Notes: generated by a model from the sequence alone, not told the origin. Positions 22,478 through 35,080 are shown, counted from the stretch's first letter. The stretch is 64,000 bases of DNA from an uncultured delta proteobacterium (GCA_963772835.1 CAVYYZ010000001.1:128001-192000); one strand, 5' to 3'. Translations and numbers: made by a program.

Positions 22478-24041
22478 TCAATGCCCCATTCCGCCACCTT
22501 CGATGTGTGACGGTCGTTTCAACAGGAACAGCAAGGGAATGATGACCAGGAAGGCCAGGCCGATGATGAAGAAGATGCGGTTGAAGGCCAGCGCACCGGC
22601 CTGACGGCGAACTGCTCCGTACATCATGCCGAGTGCGGTTGTGTCTGCCTGAGAGATTGCAACCCCTTTGGAAATCAGTGCCTGCTTCAAGCTCTCGAAA
22701 CGCATCTGCCAGATCGGATTGTACGGGTTGACATTGGCAACAAGGCAGGTCTGGTAAAACTGCTGGTAGCGCGTCAGCAGGGTTGCAGCCATGGCTATGC
22801 CGACACTGCCGCCGATGTTGCGCAGCAGGTTGAACATGCCGGTGGCGTTGCCCATCTCTTCCCGGGATGATCGAGGCCAGTGTGACGGTGGTAAGCGGCA
22901 CGAAGATCATTGCCAGCCCGAAACCCAGAACAATTCGGGGCCAGGTGTAGTCCCAGAATGCTCCCTGCAGGTTCAGCCCCTGCATGATGAACATGGCGGT
23001 TGCCCCGAGCAGCAGTCCGACAAAAACAATTTTGCGGCCGTCCCGTTTGGCCAGTGCCGCCCCGACCAGCGGCATGGTGAAGAGTGTCGCAACTCCGCCG
23101 GGAGCCATGACCATGCCGGCGTCGGTGGCCGAGTACCCCATCAGTGTCTGCAGGAACAGCGGGATCAGCATGATGGAACTGTAGAGGGCAAAGCCGACAA
23201 CAAACATGATCAGGTTGCCGGCCGAGAACGATACGTTTTTGAACAGGCGCAGGTTGATGATCGGATTCTCGTGGGTCAGTTCGACCCAGATCAGTGCGAT
23301 CAGGGAAATGACGGTAATGATACTGAAGTGATGATGAATGACGAATTGAACCAATCCTCCTGCTGCCCCTTGTCCAGCACCACCTGCAGCGATCCCATGC
23401 TGGCAACCAGCAGAAACAGCCCCCAGTAATCGATCTTGAGCGCTCTGGCCTTTTTGCGTAGATAGTCGGGATCAAAAATGAAGAAGGCGCACATGATCAT
23501 GGCGATGATGCCGATCGGCAGATTGATGTAGAAGATCCAGCGCCAGCTCATGTTGTCGGTGATCCAGCCTCCCAGAGCCGGACCGACGATCGGGCCGAAC
23601 ATGGCACCCACCCCGAAGATGGCCATGGCCATGCCGCGCTGGTGGGGTGGAAAGGTTTCCATCAGAATAGCCTGGCTGATCGGGATCAACGCGCCGCCGG
23701 CAGCCCCCTGCAGAATCCGGAAAAATATCAGCGATGCCAGATTTGGGGCGGCTCCGCAGAGCAGTGATGCCAGTGTGAACAGCACGATACAGGTCATCAG
23801 AAAACGCTTGCGGCCGAACACGCGTGACAGCCAGCCGGTCATCGGGAGTACCACCGCATTGGCAACCAGGTAGGAGGTCAACACCCAGGTGACCTCGTCC
23901 GTACCGGCATTGAGGCTCCCCTGCATGTGCGGCAGGGCCACGTTGGCGACCGAGGTGTCGATGATCTCCATGATGGCGGGGAGCATGACGGTGATGGTGA
24001 TCAGCCATTTATTTATGGTTTTGTCTGTCGGATGGTTTCAT
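22478..24041 (-). CDS. emrB: EmrB/QacA-family DHA2 efflux transporter, frameshifted in this sequence
   Basis: MEIIDTSVANVALPHMQGSL, WVLTSYLVAN, WRWIFYINLPIG, LDKGQQEDWF, GMFNLLRNIGGS, spread over at least 3 frames. Confidence 0.9.
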
Positions 24042-24049
24042 GTGTTTCC

Positions 24050-24124
24050 GAAGGGGCGAGTCGGCGACCCGCCCGTTTTTTGGTGTTTCTTTGAACAGGG
24101 GCGGCCACATGAGGCCGCCCCTAC
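24050..24124. repeat. Pair of inverted GTAG-type REP-like palindromes
   Basis: Minus strand GTAG-GGGCGGCC-TCATGT-GGCCGCCC; plus strand GAAG-GGGCGAGTC-GGC-GACCCGCCC. Confidence 0.6.
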
Positions 24125-24131
24125 AGGCTAT

Positions 24132-25261
24132 TTAAACGGGTTCAGTTCCTTCAAAACATCCCCGCTTGATCGTGCCGGTCAGCACGATCGGAATGACGCT
24201 CATGCCGACCCGCAGCAGTCGTTCAGGGTCGGAATTGCTGTCGATGTTGATCTTTACCGGCACCCGCTGGACGACTTTGACGTAGTTGCCGGTGGCGTTC
24301 TCGGGCGGAAGCAGGGAAAAGGCCGCTCCGGTGCCGGCCATGATGCTGTCAACCGTGCCGTTGAATGTTCTGCCCGGATAGGCATCAACGGAAAACTCAA
24401 CTTTTTGTCCCGGTTTCAGATAGGTGATCTGGCGTTCCTTGTAGTTGGCGGTGATCCAGGCCTCCTGCAGCGGCACAAGCGCCATCAGCGGCTGTCCGGC
24501 CTGGATGTTGACGCCAGATTCGATCGATTTGCGGGTGATGTAGCCGTCTCGTGCGGCATAGATTTTTGTGTACGAAAGCTGAAGTTCTGCTTCGTCCAGT
24601 TGTGCCTTGCGCTGAAGTATTTTGGCTTTACTGCCCGCACTTGTTTGCCAGGCCGGCTTCGGCCTGGCAGCGTTTGAGCGCTTCCTCAGCTTCTTTCAGT
24701 CTGCGCTTCGCTGACCCGCCTGGCGGTTGTCAGACGATCCAGCTGCTCTTTCGGCAGCACATCACGTCGGTACAGTTTTTCGGCTCGATTCAGATCCAGC
24801 ACAGCCTGATCGAAGCGGGCTCTTGGCCGATTGCAGCGCCGCCCGGGCTCCATCCGCCTTCATCTGCTCGCCGCCGCGTTTCGTTTTCGGCCATGCCGAC
24901 TCCGGCAGCAGCTTTTGCTATCTGAATCTGATAGTCGCGCCCGTCGATTTCCAGCAGCAGATCGCCTTGCCTGACAAACTGGTTGTCGATCGACCAGCAC
25001 GCGTGCCACCGTACCGGAAACTTTGGATGAAACGGGAACGATGCGTGCTTCGATAAAGGCATTATCGGTTTCGATATGGGTCTTGCTGGTGATGAACATG
25101 TTCAGGCCGAGCCATCCGCCGACGATGATGACGGTCAGCAGTATCACCAGTCCTTTTATCTTTTTGCCGTTGCCGGCCTTTGGGTCAGGCGATGATTCTG
25201 TCTGCAGGGTCTCTGGTGAAACCTCTGTTTCGGTAGATGGTGATCCGATATCTTCTGCCAT
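24132..25261 (-). CDS. emrA: EmrA/HlyD-family membrane fusion protein, frameshifted in this sequence
   Basis: ETDNAFIEA, DNQFV.QGDLL, WITANYKE.QI, GTGAAFSLLPPENATGNYVKVVQRVPVKI. Confidence 0.9.
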
Positions 25262-25318
25262 ATGTCCTCCGGTGCTTGTGTCGTTTAATCAGGTAATTAA
25301 CTTGAAGGATACGGTCGC

Positions 25319-26593
25319 CTACAGTTCGCCGAGCGCATTCTGCAGACGGGCTGTGGCGGTCTGGAAGTCATAGAGTGCACGGTAGTACTCAGTTTTGGCT
25401 TGTGCTGTCAGCGCCTGGGCATCCAGTACTTCCGAGGCCATTCCGACCCGTTCCTGATAACGCTCCTTGTTGATTCGCAGGTTCTCCTCGCTCTGCCGTA
25501 TTGCCGTTTCTGCGACACCGATCCTCATTTGTGCAATCCCCGCATCGTTGCGGGAAGTCGAGATTTCAAGTTGCGCGCGCTGTTCTGTAAGTCTCAGGAT
25601 ATCCTGCTGTTTTGAACGCAACTTGACCGCTTTCTCGCGGGACGCCTGCTGGGCGTAGCCGTCGAACAGGTTAATGCGAATGCCGAGCGTGGCAGAAAAG
25701 ATGGTCTGTTCGCGCACCTTGTCGTTCTGGACGTAATCGGCGCTGAGACTTGTATATAGTTCGGGTATATAGTTTTCCCGATTTCCCTGCACCTCAAACT
25801 CGCGCGCTTCGAGGATCCGCTTCTGGGCCTGTATGTCGTGACGATTGTTATTAGTATCACCGGTGCCGGACCTGTCATGACCGGTGGTGATACGTGTAGT
25901 TGTCTCATCAAGTTCACCACGGAAGCCGGGATCACTTCCGGTGAGAAAATTAAGGAGCAGCCAGGCGTTTTCCCGTGTGTTGGTCACCGTCATTTTCTTT
26001 TGTACAGCAGAGGCGAGGCGTACCTCCGCCTGCAGCACATCATTGCGGGTAACGACACCCTCCTCAAACAGAACCTGTGCCACGCGGCGATGTTCCGTTA
26101 TCTGCTCGACCTCTTCCGCCGCTGCCTGTACCAGTCTCTCGGCTTCAAGTACCCGGAAATAGGTTTCGATAACCTGCAGCGTGACCTCGCCTTTGCTGAA
26201 CAGGAACCCCTCGGCGGCCGCTTCCGAATATGCGCCGGCCTGACGGACCCGTGCTTCGCGCTGTCCGAAATCGTAGAGAGTGTAACTGACCGCAATTCCG
26301 GCAAACGCAAAATCCGCTTCCTGTGTCTCTGCAGTGACCCCGTTTATCTTCACCGCCTGTGGTTCCAACTGCATCGTATATCCACCCTTGGCGTCAACAC
26401 GAGGATAGTACGATGCCTTCGCCTGTTGGTGCCCTTCCCGGGCAATTGGGGCGTCCCATGCGGCGCTCTTCAGAGCCGGATTATTGTCACGCGCTTTTTG
26501 CAGGCAATCCTGCAGGGAGAGTGACGCACCCCAGGAGAGAGATGCCAGTCCGAGAAAAACCGCTGTTACAAGGCTAACAGGCAGGAAGTTCAT
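25319..26593 (-). CDS. TolC-family outer-membrane efflux protein
   Basis: Signal peptide, LSLQDCLQKARDNNP, helical repeats, ERYQERVG...EVLDAQ; in operon with emrAB. Confidence 0.9.
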   Translation of the reverse strand: MNFLPVSLVTAVFLGLASLSWGASLSLQDCLQKARDNNPALKSAAWDAPIAREGHQQAKASYYPRVDAKGGYTMQLEPQAVKINGVTAETQEADFAFAGIAVSYTLYDFGQREARVRQAGAYSEAAAEGFLFSKGEVTLQVIETYFRVLEAERLVQAAAEEVEQITEHRRVAQVLFEEGVVTRNDVLQAEVRLASAVQKKMTVTNTRENAWLLLNFLTGSDPGFRGELDETTTRITTGHDRSGTGDTNNNRHDIQAQKRILEAREFEVQGNRENYIPELYTSLSADYVQNDKVREQTIFSATLGIRINLFDGYAQQASREKAVKLRSKQQDILRLTEQRAQLEISTSRNDAGIAQMRIGVAETAIRQSEENLRINKERYQERVGMASEVLDAQALTAQAKTEYYRALYDFQTATARLQNALGEL

Positions 26594-27017
26594 ACATCCT
26601 CCGTTCACCACGCAAAATTTCCAGCATCCGTCGGAGTTCTGTGAGCTCTTTTTCGTTCAGTCCGGTGGTGATACGGTTCAGTGCCCGTTCTGCGCATCCG
26701 GTCAGAGTGTTCTCCATAGATTTCCCCTGTTCCGTAAGATAAATCCTGTACGCCCGCCGGTCCTGCGGGTGCTGGCGCCGTTCCAGCAGACCGTTCCTCT
26801 CGAGCCTGTCGATCAGGCCGCCGATTGTGGATCGATCTATCTGTCCCTTTTCTGACAGCTCGACCTGCGTCAGGCCGTCCTGCTGCCAGAGAAATGAAAG
26901 GAGCGCAAACTGGGGCGGGGTGAGGTCATACGGTTCGATCTCTTCCCGCATAATTGCCCAGGCGCGCTGGTAGGCTTTGGAAAGCAGAAAACCGATGCTT
27001 TTTTCAATATCGTACAT
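26574..27017 (-). CDS. MarR-family transcriptional regulator
   Basis: DLTPPQF, LTQVELS, IDRLE..GLLER..HP.DRR...IYLT..G. Confidence 0.93.
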   Translation of the reverse strand: MYDIEKSIGFLLSKAYQRAWAIMREEIEPYDLTPPQFALLSFLWQQDGLTQVELSEKGQIDRSTIGGLIDRLERNGLLERRQHPQDRRAYRIYLTEQGKSMENTLTGCAERALNRITTGLNEKELTELRRMLEILRGERRMYELPAC

Positions 27018-27040
27018 GGTGGAGTCCTTCGTAATCAGAA

Positions 27041-27076
27041 TTATTATCATTATGCAGATAATAAGTATGCTGTCAA
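27041..27076 (-). promoter_or_regulatory. sigma70-like promoter of marR-tolC-emrAB with an overlapping palindromic operator
   Basis: Minus strand TTGACA-16 nt-CATAAT; inverted repeat TTATTATC-N8-GATAATAA at 27041-27064. Confidence 0.65.
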
Positions 27077-27135
27077 TGTGAAAAGTAAGTTTAAAGCGTT
27101 TACAAGAGAAGCAGCATTGCTTATTATGTGCCGCT

Positions 27136-27598
27136 ATGGATGACGTCACTGAGATTACTGTCCGCCCGATGATTGCGATTGATCTTGAAGCCGTTACGGC
27201 AATAGAGAGAACTTCATATGAAACGCCCTGGAGCTGTGAGCATTTTCAGAACGAGATTGAAGCCCAATATTCATGGCCTCTCGTGGCTGAAGCAGGTGGC
27301 ACCGTCATCGGGTATGTCTGTCTGATGTCACTGTTCGAAGAAGCACAGATATTGAACATTGCAGTATCGCCGCTTCAGCGCGGAAGAGGAATTGCGCGAC
27401 GGCTTCTGGAGCGGGCGTTCAAACTGGCGCTTGAAAACGGAGCTGAGGTCATGTCTCTTGAGGTACGGGCCTCTAACAGTACCGCACTTTCACTGTATGA
27501 ACGGCTTGGCTTCAAACGTGTCGGCATTCGTGCCGGATATTATGAATCTGACTGAAGATGCACTATTGATGGAAAAACGAATCAAGGAGAACCCGTAA
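27136..27598 (+). CDS. rimI: Ribosomal-protein-alanine N-acetyltransferase RimI (1-nt frameshift near the 3' end)
   Basis: PWS, ILNIAV.P..RGRGIA, LEVRASN..A..LY...GF...G.R.GYY; EDALLM continues in another frame. Confidence 0.9.
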
Positions 27599-28418
27599 TG
27601 CAGTTTACCTCAATGATTCTTTCAAATGTGGAGGTCTCGCCCGGATATTGGCGGATGCGCATGACCGCTCCAGCCGAGTTTGCCTCCGCACGACCCGGCC
27701 AGTTTGTGATGGTGCGGGTCAATGGTGCAATCGACCCGCTGCTGCGGCGTCCCTTCGGCATTTTTGATGTCGGCACCTACACTCCCGCTCAGAGCGGTGC
27801 CGTAGCCGCAGCCGTATCTGGAGATGCTGTACCGGGTGGTGGGGAAGGGGACCGCCATGCTGTCAACGCTGCATGGTACCGATCTGCTTGATGTCCTTGG
27901 CCCGCTCGGCAAAGGCTTTGATCTGGGAGCGGCCGACGAAGAAAAGCTGATTGTCGGCGGCGGGGTAGGGCTGGCGCCGCTCTATCTGCTGGCCAAAGAG
28001 CTGGTAAAGCAATCAAAGGTACGGCTGTTTGCCGGTGGACGGACCAGGGACGATATTCTCTGCATCACCGAATTCGAACGGCTTGGGGTCGAATGCTATA
28101 CCGCCACCGAAGATGGTTCTCTGGGAGAATGCGGCCTGGTGACCGAGGCGCTGCTGCGGCGACTGGATGAGGTACAGGGGAAGGCGACCATCTATGCCTG
28201 CGGACCGCACGGCATGCTGAACGCCGTTGCCGGAATCGCGGCACAGCGCAATATCCCCTGCCAGGTTTCGCTGGAAGGATATATGGCGTGCGGAGTCGGG
28301 GCCTGTCTCGGCTGCGTTGCCCCGGGGCGCTCCCATTCACCGGAAACACCCGGACTTCCGCTGTGTCTGTACCGAAGGGCCGGTCTTTGAATCGGGCGAA
28401 CTGAAGTGGAGGGAATGA
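27598..28418 (+). CDS. pyrK: Dihydroorotate dehydrogenase electron-transfer subunit, frameshifted in this sequence
   Basis: PGQFVM, PLLRRPF, GGGVGLAP, ACGP, MACGVGACLGC...VCTEGPVF. Confidence 0.92.
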
Positions 28419-28431
28419 CCATGAAAACTGC

Positions 28432-29349
<918 letters not shown>

Positions 29350-29353
29350 GGAG

Positions 29354-30026
29354 ATGCTGGAAATCTGGCTGGCATTTTCGATCGGTCTTGCCGGCAGCGG
29401 CCATTGTCTCGGCATGTGCGGCGGGATCGTGATCCGCATTGGCTCTCTCACGGCGTGATTACGATGCGGCGGGTCGTTTTCTGTATAATCTTCTGTACCA
29501 TGCCGGACGAATAGCTACCTACTGTCTGCTGGGACTTCTGGTCGGCATGGCGGCCCAGGCCGGAATGGTGGAGACCTTGAAACCTCTTGTCACGTGGCTT
29601 TTTCTGGCTGCCAATCTTATTGTCACGGCACTCGGTCTTTTTACTGCTCTGGGTGTGCGTGCCTTTGGCATTTCGGCACTTGACGGTTCCGGATGGGGTT
29701 TTCTGAGGGTGCAGCTCTCACGGGTGTCGACGAGCGCATCTGTAGCGGCGGCCATCCCGGCCGGACTTCTGATGGGGCTTTTGCCGTGCGGTTTGGTGTA
29801 CGGAGTTCTGATCGCTGCGGCAACCAGCGGATCCGCCCTGAAGGGCGGTGGTATGATGCTGGCCTTTGGATTGGGAACGCTGCCTGCTCTGCTGGCGTAC
29901 GGACAGGTGGCCTCTTCACTTTCATCCCTGGCGAGGGGAGTGTTCCAGCGCTGTATGGGGGGCATCGTAGCCCTTCTTGGGATCATGGGCGTCTGGAAGG
30001 CGCTGGCAGCGTTGGGTTATTTGTAG
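29354..30026 (+). CDS. TauE/SafE-DsbD_2-like membrane protein (one frameshift near the 5' end)
   Basis: GHCLGMCGG, YHAGRIATY, GLLPCGLVY, MLAFGLGTLP. Confidence 0.82.
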
Positions 30027-30152
30027 GGGCTGCTTTTGACGGAGTTGGTGAAAAGCCGTACATCAGGTTTCAAAGTCATTAGAAGATAACGGATAAATCC
30101 GTACGAATTGTCAAAACGCATCAGTTCTGAAATTCATCCACAAGGCGCCATT

Positions 30153-32501
30153 ATGAAAGAGCCGCAACAATCACTCGGTTTACGCACACTGGAGGACATC
30201 AGTTCGATCATCCTGCATTCGCATGATCTGCAGGATACGCTCGACAATATCGTTACCCTGGTGGCCAAACGGATGGGGAGCGATGTCTGCTCGATCTACC
30301 TGCTGGAAAACGATGGTGAAACCCTGACCCTGAAGGCGACCAAAGGACTCTCAAAGGCATCTGTCAATCGCGTTTCCATGAAAGTTCATGAAGGGTTATG
30401 CGGTCTCACCGTTGAAACCCGCGCAATGGTCATGACCGAAAATGCCCCGGCGCATCCGCGCTACAAATATTTCAAGGAGGCGAAGGAGGAACAGTTCCTT
30501 TCGTTTCTGGGGCTGCCGCTGTTCGAGCACAAGGCGCCTATCGGCGTCATCGTCGTACAGACCCGGGAAACCCGCAGATTCAGCGACGATGAAATCAGCG
30601 TCCTGCGCACCATCACCTTTCAGATCGGAAGCATCGTTCATACCGGCCGGCTGCTCGATTCGATTCAGCACAAGGAGCAGGAACGGGCCTGGTTTGAAAA
30701 AGAGCTTGCCAAAATCCGGAACGGTTCGGGGAGTGAATCTGCCTCCCCCGGTGTCGGTAAAACGAAGCGGGCTCCCGTTTCTAAAACGCTGGCCGGGACC
30801 GCAGTGTCTCCCGGCTTCAGTCGAGGGAAAATATATATCCTCGACCGTTTCAACGACAAAGTCATCAAGCTGGCAAAAGTAGGGACTCCTGCCGAAGAGG
30901 GACATAAATTTGTCCAGGCCCTTGAAAAGGCCAAAATACAGACAATTTATATGGAAAAGCGGGTCAGTGAAACTCTCTCGGCCGATGACGCCGCCATCTT
31001 CCATACTCATCTGATGATTCTGGAAGACCGGAGTTTTTCTTCCAAAGTAACCGATCTGATCGAGCAGGGTATGGGCGCAACCCGTGCCGTGCATGATGTC
31101 GTCCAGCATTATGTGCAGGCATTTTCGGCCATGGAGGACCCTTATCTGCGTGAGCGTTCGGCGGATATGGAAGACATCGGTCGGCGGGTCATCGACGCCA
31201 TTGAAGGGAATAATTCCAATGAGGTCACGCTCAAAGAAAAACGGGTTCTCGTAGCGGATGATATATTCCCATCCACCCTCGCGATGCTTGACCCGAACAA
31301 GATCCTCGGCATCGTTACTGAAAAGGGCAACTCCTATTCCCACGCCGCCATAATGGCAAAATCGCTCGGGATACCGGCCGTTCTCGGTGTACAGGGAATT
31401 ATGGCTGCCGCCAATGTCAAGGATGAGATCATCGTTGACGGTACCTCGGGGCATGTGTATCTCAATCCGGATGCCGGTATCAAAAAAGAGTACGTGCGCC
31501 TCGAACAGGAGTATGCCGGCCGGATGAAGGAGCTTGAAAGCCTGCGTGACCTGTCTGCGGTTACGACCGACGGTGTTTCGATTGTTCTGAGCGCCAATAT
31601 CGGATTGATTTCAGATGTCCGGGTAGCCAATCTGCACGGTGCCGAGGGGGTGGGGCTCTATCGCACCGAATTCCCCTACATGGCGCGTTCCGCCTTTCCA
31701 GGTCGTGAAGAGCAGGCCGGCATCTATCGCAAAATTCTTGAAGGCTTCCCCGGTCAGACCGTCAACATCCGCACTCTTGACATCGGCGGCGACAAGGGAC
31801 TTTCCTACTTTCCCTATCCTCACGAAGATAATCCTTTCCTGGGGTGGCGCTCGATCCGTGTTTCGCTGGAACGTCAGGATATATTCAAGGAACAGCTGGC
31901 CGGCATACTGCTCGCATCACATGCAGGCAACCCGACGATCATGTTTCCGCTTGTCAGCAGCCTTGATGAAATCCGGCAGATCAGGGAAATACTGACATCG
32001 GTCAGAAATGAACTGCTGCGTGAAGGTCATGATGTTCCGGGTTACATCCCGTTCGGGATCATGATCGAGGTGCCGGCGGCGGTGCAGATTATCGACTACC
32101 TGATACAGGAGGTTGATTATGTCAGCATCGGAACCAACGATCTGATCCAGTACACACTTGCTGCCGACCGTAATAATGCCAGTGTCAGGCAATATTACGA
32201 TCCATACCACCCGGCGATTCTGCATTCAATCAAACGTGTTGCCGATGCTGCCAACAAAGCCGGTAAAAAGGTGTCCGTCTGCGGGGAAATGGCTGCCGAC
32301 CCATTGTGCGCTTTGCTTTTGACCGGGATGGGCATTCGCGAATTCAGCCTCTCTGCTCCCAGTATTCCGGTCGTCAAGCAGGCGATCAGGAACAACAGTT
32401 TTGACGCGTGCCGCCGTCTGGCGCGGGCGGCGCTGACATGCCGCAGCAGTGCTGATATCGGGCGCTGTCTCGCGACTGCCCGGAAAAAGCTGATTCTGTA
32501 A
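30153..32501 (+). CDS. ptsP: GAF-domain phosphoenolpyruvate-protein phosphotransferase (EI-Ntr)
   Basis: N-terminal GAF; SHAAI phospho-His; GVGLYRTEF, RTLDIGGDK, NPFLGWR, SIGTNDL, VCGEMA. Confidence 0.95.
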   Translation: MKEPQQSLGLRTLEDISSIILHSHDLQDTLDNIVTLVAKRMGSDVCSIYLLENDGETLTLKATKGLSKASVNRVSMKVHEGLCGLTVETRAMVMTENAPAHPRYKYFKEAKEEQFLSFLGLPLFEHKAPIGVIVVQTRETRRFSDDEISVLRTITFQIGSIVHTGRLLDSIQHKEQERAWFEKELAKIRNGSGSESASPGVGKTKRAPVSKTLAGTAVSPGFSRGKIYILDRFNDKVIKLAKVGTPAEEGHKFVQALEKAKIQTIYMEKRVSETLSADDAAIFHTHLMILEDRSFSSKVTDLIEQGMGATRAVHDVVQHYVQAFSAMEDPYLRERSADMEDIGRRVIDAIEGNNSNEVTLKEKRVLVADDIFPSTLAMLDPNKILGIVTEKGNSYSHAAIMAKSLGIPAVLGVQGIMAAANVKDEIIVDGTSGHVYLNPDAGIKKEYVRLEQEYAGRMKELESLRDLSAVTTDGVSIVLSANIGLISDVRVANLHGAEGVGLYRTEFPYMARSAFPGREEQAGIYRKILEGFPGQTVNIRTLDIGGDKGLSYFPYPHEDNPFLGWRSIRVSLERQDIFKEQLAGILLASHAGNPTIMFPLVSSLDEIRQIREILTSVRNELLREGHDVPGYIPFGIMIEVPAAVQIIDYLIQEVDYVSIGTNDLIQYTLAADRNNASVRQYYDPYHPAILHSIKRVADAANKAGKKVSVCGEMAADPLCALLLTGMGIREFSLSAPSIPVVKQAIRNNSFDACRRLARAALTCRSSADIGRCLATARKKLIL

Positions 32502-32520
32502 CAGGCAGGCAAAAGCTTTC

Positions 32521-32617
32521 ACCATGGAGGCACGGAGAACGCCAAAAACAGCAGTCTTTCCGGCGCAGCCCCAAAAACTAAAGCCCTCAACCCTGGCTTT
32601 CTCCGTGTCTCCGCGGT
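32521..32617. repeat. Long-spaced intergenic inverted repeat (CACGGAGA-type)
   Basis: ACCATGGAGGCACGGAGAA ... TTCTCCGTGTCTCCGCGGT, 19-nt arms around a spacer of about 60 nt. Confidence 0.6.
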
Positions 32618-32663
32618 CGCAGTATTGATTTTAAGATTATCCTGAATCCGAGGTGATGCTATT

Positions 32664-33803
32664 TTGTACGATGGACGCCCGACATACGCCGAGATCGATC
32701 TCTCCGCCCTGAAGCACAACTTTCAATTGATCCGCTCGTTAATCCCGCATCAGACAGATATTCTGGCGGTCGTAAAAGCTGATGCCTACGGGCACGGTTT
32801 CATGGATATCAGCCGGGAACTGGAAGATCTCGGGGTTAACGCATTCGGCGTCGCTTTCCTGGCCGAAGGAATCCAGCTCCGCAAAAGCGGCTGTGACAGG
32901 CCGATCCTCCTGCTGGGCGGGGTCTATCCCGGACAGGAGCGGAAATGTATCGGCTATAATCTCTCTACGGTGATATTTTCGCTGGAACAGGCTCAGGCTC
33001 TCAATCAGGCTGCATCTGCCGGGAAACTTTTCCGCAGGGCGCAGGTTCATCTCAAGGTCGACACCGGTATGGGAAGACTGGGCATTCCCCATGCCGATGT
33101 GCCCCGGTTTTTGACAGAACTGAAAAAATTGAGGTGTATTGACCTCGAAGGCCTGATTTCGCATTTCTCAACTGCCGATGAACTTGATGAATCCGGCCGG
33201 AATTTCACCCGGCTGCAGGGGGAACGTTTTGCCCGTGCATTGTCCGAGATCCGCACTGCCGGGTTCTCTCCGCGTTATATTCATATCGCCAACAGTGCCG
33301 CAGCACTGCTGGGAAATATCCCCGACTGCAACCTGATACGTCCCGGCATTACCATGTATGGAGCTCTGCCGTCGTCCGATTTCCAGGGTAAACTCGATCT
33401 CAAACCGGTAATGCGTCTTAAAAGCTGTGTCGCCATGCTCAAATGGGTAGAGCCCGGGGCTGCCATCAGCTACGCACGCCGGTATACCGCTGCAGAGCGA
33501 ACCCTGATTGCCAGTGTTCCGGTCGGGTATGCAGACGGTTACCCGCGGGCACTTACCAACCGCGGTGAAGTCCTGATCCGCGGTCAGCGGGCCACAGTTG
33601 CCGGAACAGTCTGCATGGACTGGATCATGCTCGACGTGACCGGTATAGAGGGCGTTGCAGTGGGTGATACCGTAACCCTTATGGGGCCGGACGATGACGG
33701 GCACTGTGTTCATGCCGAAGAGCTGGCGGTCTGGGCCGATACTATTCCGTATGCAATTTTTTGCGGCATCAGCAAGCGTGTGCCGAGGGTATATCTGAAG
33801 TGA
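32664..33803 (+). CDS. alr: Alanine racemase
   Basis: [14 protein letters not shown]-lysine motif, [23 protein letters not shown]. Confidence 0.96.
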   Translation: MYDGRPTYAEIDLSALKHNFQLIRSLIPHQTDILAVVKADAYGHGFMDISRELEDLGVNAFGVAFLAEGIQLRKSGCDRPILLLGGVYPGQERKCIGYNLSTVIFSLEQAQALNQAASAGKLFRRAQVHLKVDTGMGRLGIPHADVPRFLTELKKLRCIDLEGLISHFSTADELDESGRNFTRLQGERFARALSEIRTAGFSPRYIHIANSAAALLGNIPDCNLIRPGITMYGALPSSDFQGKLDLKPVMRLKSCVAMLKWVEPGAAISYARRYTAAERTLIASVPVGYADGYPRALTNRGEVLIRGQRATVAGTVCMDWIMLDVTGIEGVAVGDTVTLMGPDDDGHCVHAEELAVWADTIPYAIFCGISKRVPRVYLK

Positions 33804-33826
33804 CCTCCCGCTAACCAGAGAAAAGT

Positions 33827-35080
33827 ATGTACGCACTTGCCTATGATCTCGGGACGACAACCCTGTCCGCTTCACTGATTGATTGCAGCGACGGAGGGCG
33901 TCGTGCCCTCCTCGGTGCACTGAACCCCCAGCGCCGCTTCGGTGCAGACGTTATTTCGCGACTTGACGCGGCGGCCAACTCCGTACCGTGTCAGCAGGAA
34001 ATGACGATGCTGATCCGGACCGAACTGTGGCGCATGGGGCGGGAGCTGTGCGATTCCTCCGGCATCGCCTGGAAAGATATACAAAAAGTGGCCATTGCCG
34101 GAAATCCGGCCATGCAGCATATACTGCTGGGGCTGGATCTTACGTCTTTACTTTTTCCTCCGTACCGGCCGCTCTACAGAACAGGTACGTATCTTCATGC
34201 CTCCGATATAGCGTGGGACGGCAGCGCCGGCATCTATCTTTTCCCGATGCCGGGAGGCTTTGTAGGCGGCGATACGGTGGCGTTTATCTACGGTGCAGAA
34301 CCGGGTGACGCCACGCTCTGCCTGGATATGGGTACCAACGGGGAAATAGCACTGATTGCCGGAGAATCGATCTGGGCGACGTCCGCTGCAGCCGGTCCCG
34401 CCTTCGAAGGCGGCAACCTCTCCTGCGGCATGGCTGCTCTGCCGGGAGCGATCAGCTCCGTTCGGATTGAAGGTGAACGCCTCATTCTGCAGGTCATAGG
34501 CAATGGATCTCCTGCCGGCATCTGCGGTTCAGGGGCGATTGAGGCGATCGCCGAACTGCTGCGCTGCGCTGTCCTGGAACCGGGCGGCAGGCTGCGAAGC
34601 TCCAACGAGATTGACTCTAATCTGGCAGTGCGGGTGACCGAGCATCAGGGTGAACATGCCTTTGTCCTGTATCGGGATGCAGAACGGCTGATTCTGTTGA
34701 CCCAGGATGATATCCGGCAGCTGCAGCTTGCCAAGGCCGCCATACGGGCAGGAATTGAAGTTCTGGAAAAGCTCTCTCCCGGATCGCGCCGAGTGTCACA
34801 CGATGTACTTCTGACCGGTTCTTTTGGTGCGGTTGTCCGGGCAGAATGGCTTAAAACGATTGGAGTTTTTGACGAAAGCATGGTACAAACGACCCGCTTT
34901 ACGCCTGACGGGGTTCTGTCGGGGGTCGAAAAGGCGCTGGTGTGCAGTGACGGATTCAGCGCCGTAGAGGAACTGGCGCGCCGCTTCCGGGTTGTACCGC
35001 TTTCCGGCACACCGCTTTTTGAGTCGCTCTTTATGCGGCATATTGATTTTCCTCAGTACAGTAACACATCGGTTGTTTGA
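33827..35080 (+). CDS. ASKHA-domain ATPase (RACo/DUF4445-like) without an N-terminal 2Fe-2S domain
   Basis: DLGTTT, NPQ..FGADVISR, GFVGGD, DMGTNGE, AAGPAFEG, GICGSG, QLAKAAI, GSFG. Confidence 0.85.
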   Translation: MYALAYDLGTTTLSASLIDCSDGGRRALLGALNPQRRFGADVISRLDAAANSVPCQQEMTMLIRTELWRMGRELCDSSGIAWKDIQKVAIAGNPAMQHILLGLDLTSLLFPPYRPLYRTGTYLHASDIAWDGSAGIYLFPMPGGFVGGDTVAFIYGAEPGDATLCLDMGTNGEIALIAGESIWATSAAAGPAFEGGNLSCGMAALPGAISSVRIEGERLILQVIGNGSPAGICGSGAIEAIAELLRCAVLEPGGRLRSSNEIDSNLAVRVTEHQGEHAFVLYRDAERLILLTQDDIRQLQLAKAAIRAGIEVLEKLSPGSRRVSHDVLLTGSFGAVVRAEWLKTIGVFDESMVQTTRFTPDGVLSGVEKALVCSDGFSAVEELARRFRVVPLSGTPLFESLFMRHIDFPQYSNTSVV

